From positions 1 through 25,837 of IMG/VR virus record IMGVR_UViG_3300016665_000172: DNA of 25,837 nt. One strand, 5' to 3'. The DNA is from a virus (lineage: Duplodnaviria > Caudoviricetes). Each line of letters begins with the position of its first letter. The first letter of the stretch is position 1. Both the position numbers and the translations under genes were made by a program. The notes under the pieces are model-generated. The model was not told the origin of the DNA. It saw only the letters and a program-made list of their open reading frames with translations, and searched no databases. Below, piece after piece: positions 25,743-25,837 of this stretch.

Positions 25743-25837
25743 TTAGTTACAGTTCCAAGCACGCAACGATTTGTTGATGCGGCTATTGGGGTCATTGGCT
25801 GTTGTAGCCGAGGTTAGTTTGGCTTTCATCCCAGACA
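25743..25837 (-). CDS. DUF6321-like small phage protein, C-terminal fragment (5' end outside window)
   Basis: Manual translation ...SGMKAKLTSATTANDPNSRINKSLRAWNCN* matches the recalled conserved phage motif GMKKKLTSAKTANDPNSRINKSLRAWNC. Confidence 0.8.
   Translation of the reverse strand, partial: SGMKAKLTSATTANDPNSRINKSLRAWNCN

Larger units (their letters stand above)
1..25837 (-). mobile_element. Tailed dsDNA phage/prophage structural and packaging module (podovirus-like)
   Basis: About 30 co-oriented, abutting or overlapping minus-strand genes in the order terminase-portal-scaffold-capsid-adaptor-nozzle-ejection proteins. No tape measure, sheath or housekeeping genes. Confidence 0.97.

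Noticed and set aside
1-25837. CRISPR arrays, tRNAs, introns/inteins, stop-codon reassignment
   Set aside because: There is almost no intergenic space, terminase, portal and capsid are uninterrupted and of plausible length, and all three stop codons end genes under the standard code.

Overview
The whole window is one tightly packed, minus-strand virion morphogenesis module of a tailed dsDNA phage or prophage. No host, replication or integration genes are visible. In transcription order (right to left) it holds: eight short, mostly basic or low-complexity ORFs (including DUF6321-like and DUF6496-like proteins); HGGxSTG-type small terminase; large terminase; a 47-aa membrane peptide; portal; scaffold; major capsid protein; two paralogous decoration-like proteins; two paralogous adaptor-like proteins; three small membrane proteins; a fibre/receptor-binding cassette; a 1231-aa nozzle-like protein; a small fibre-like protein; and three probable DNA-ejection proteins, the last cut by the window edge. 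The absence of tape measure, tube or sheath genes suggests podovirus-like morphology. Two signals stand out. (1) A short (M/L)-S-x-(L/M)-M-G-(V/I) motif is shared by the scaffold C-terminus and four otherwise unrelated small pre-terminase proteins, and is a candidate capsid-loading signal. (2) One ~55-60 aa beta-rich module is inserted six times in four different structural proteins. All family assignments come from motif recognition and gene order, not from database searches.
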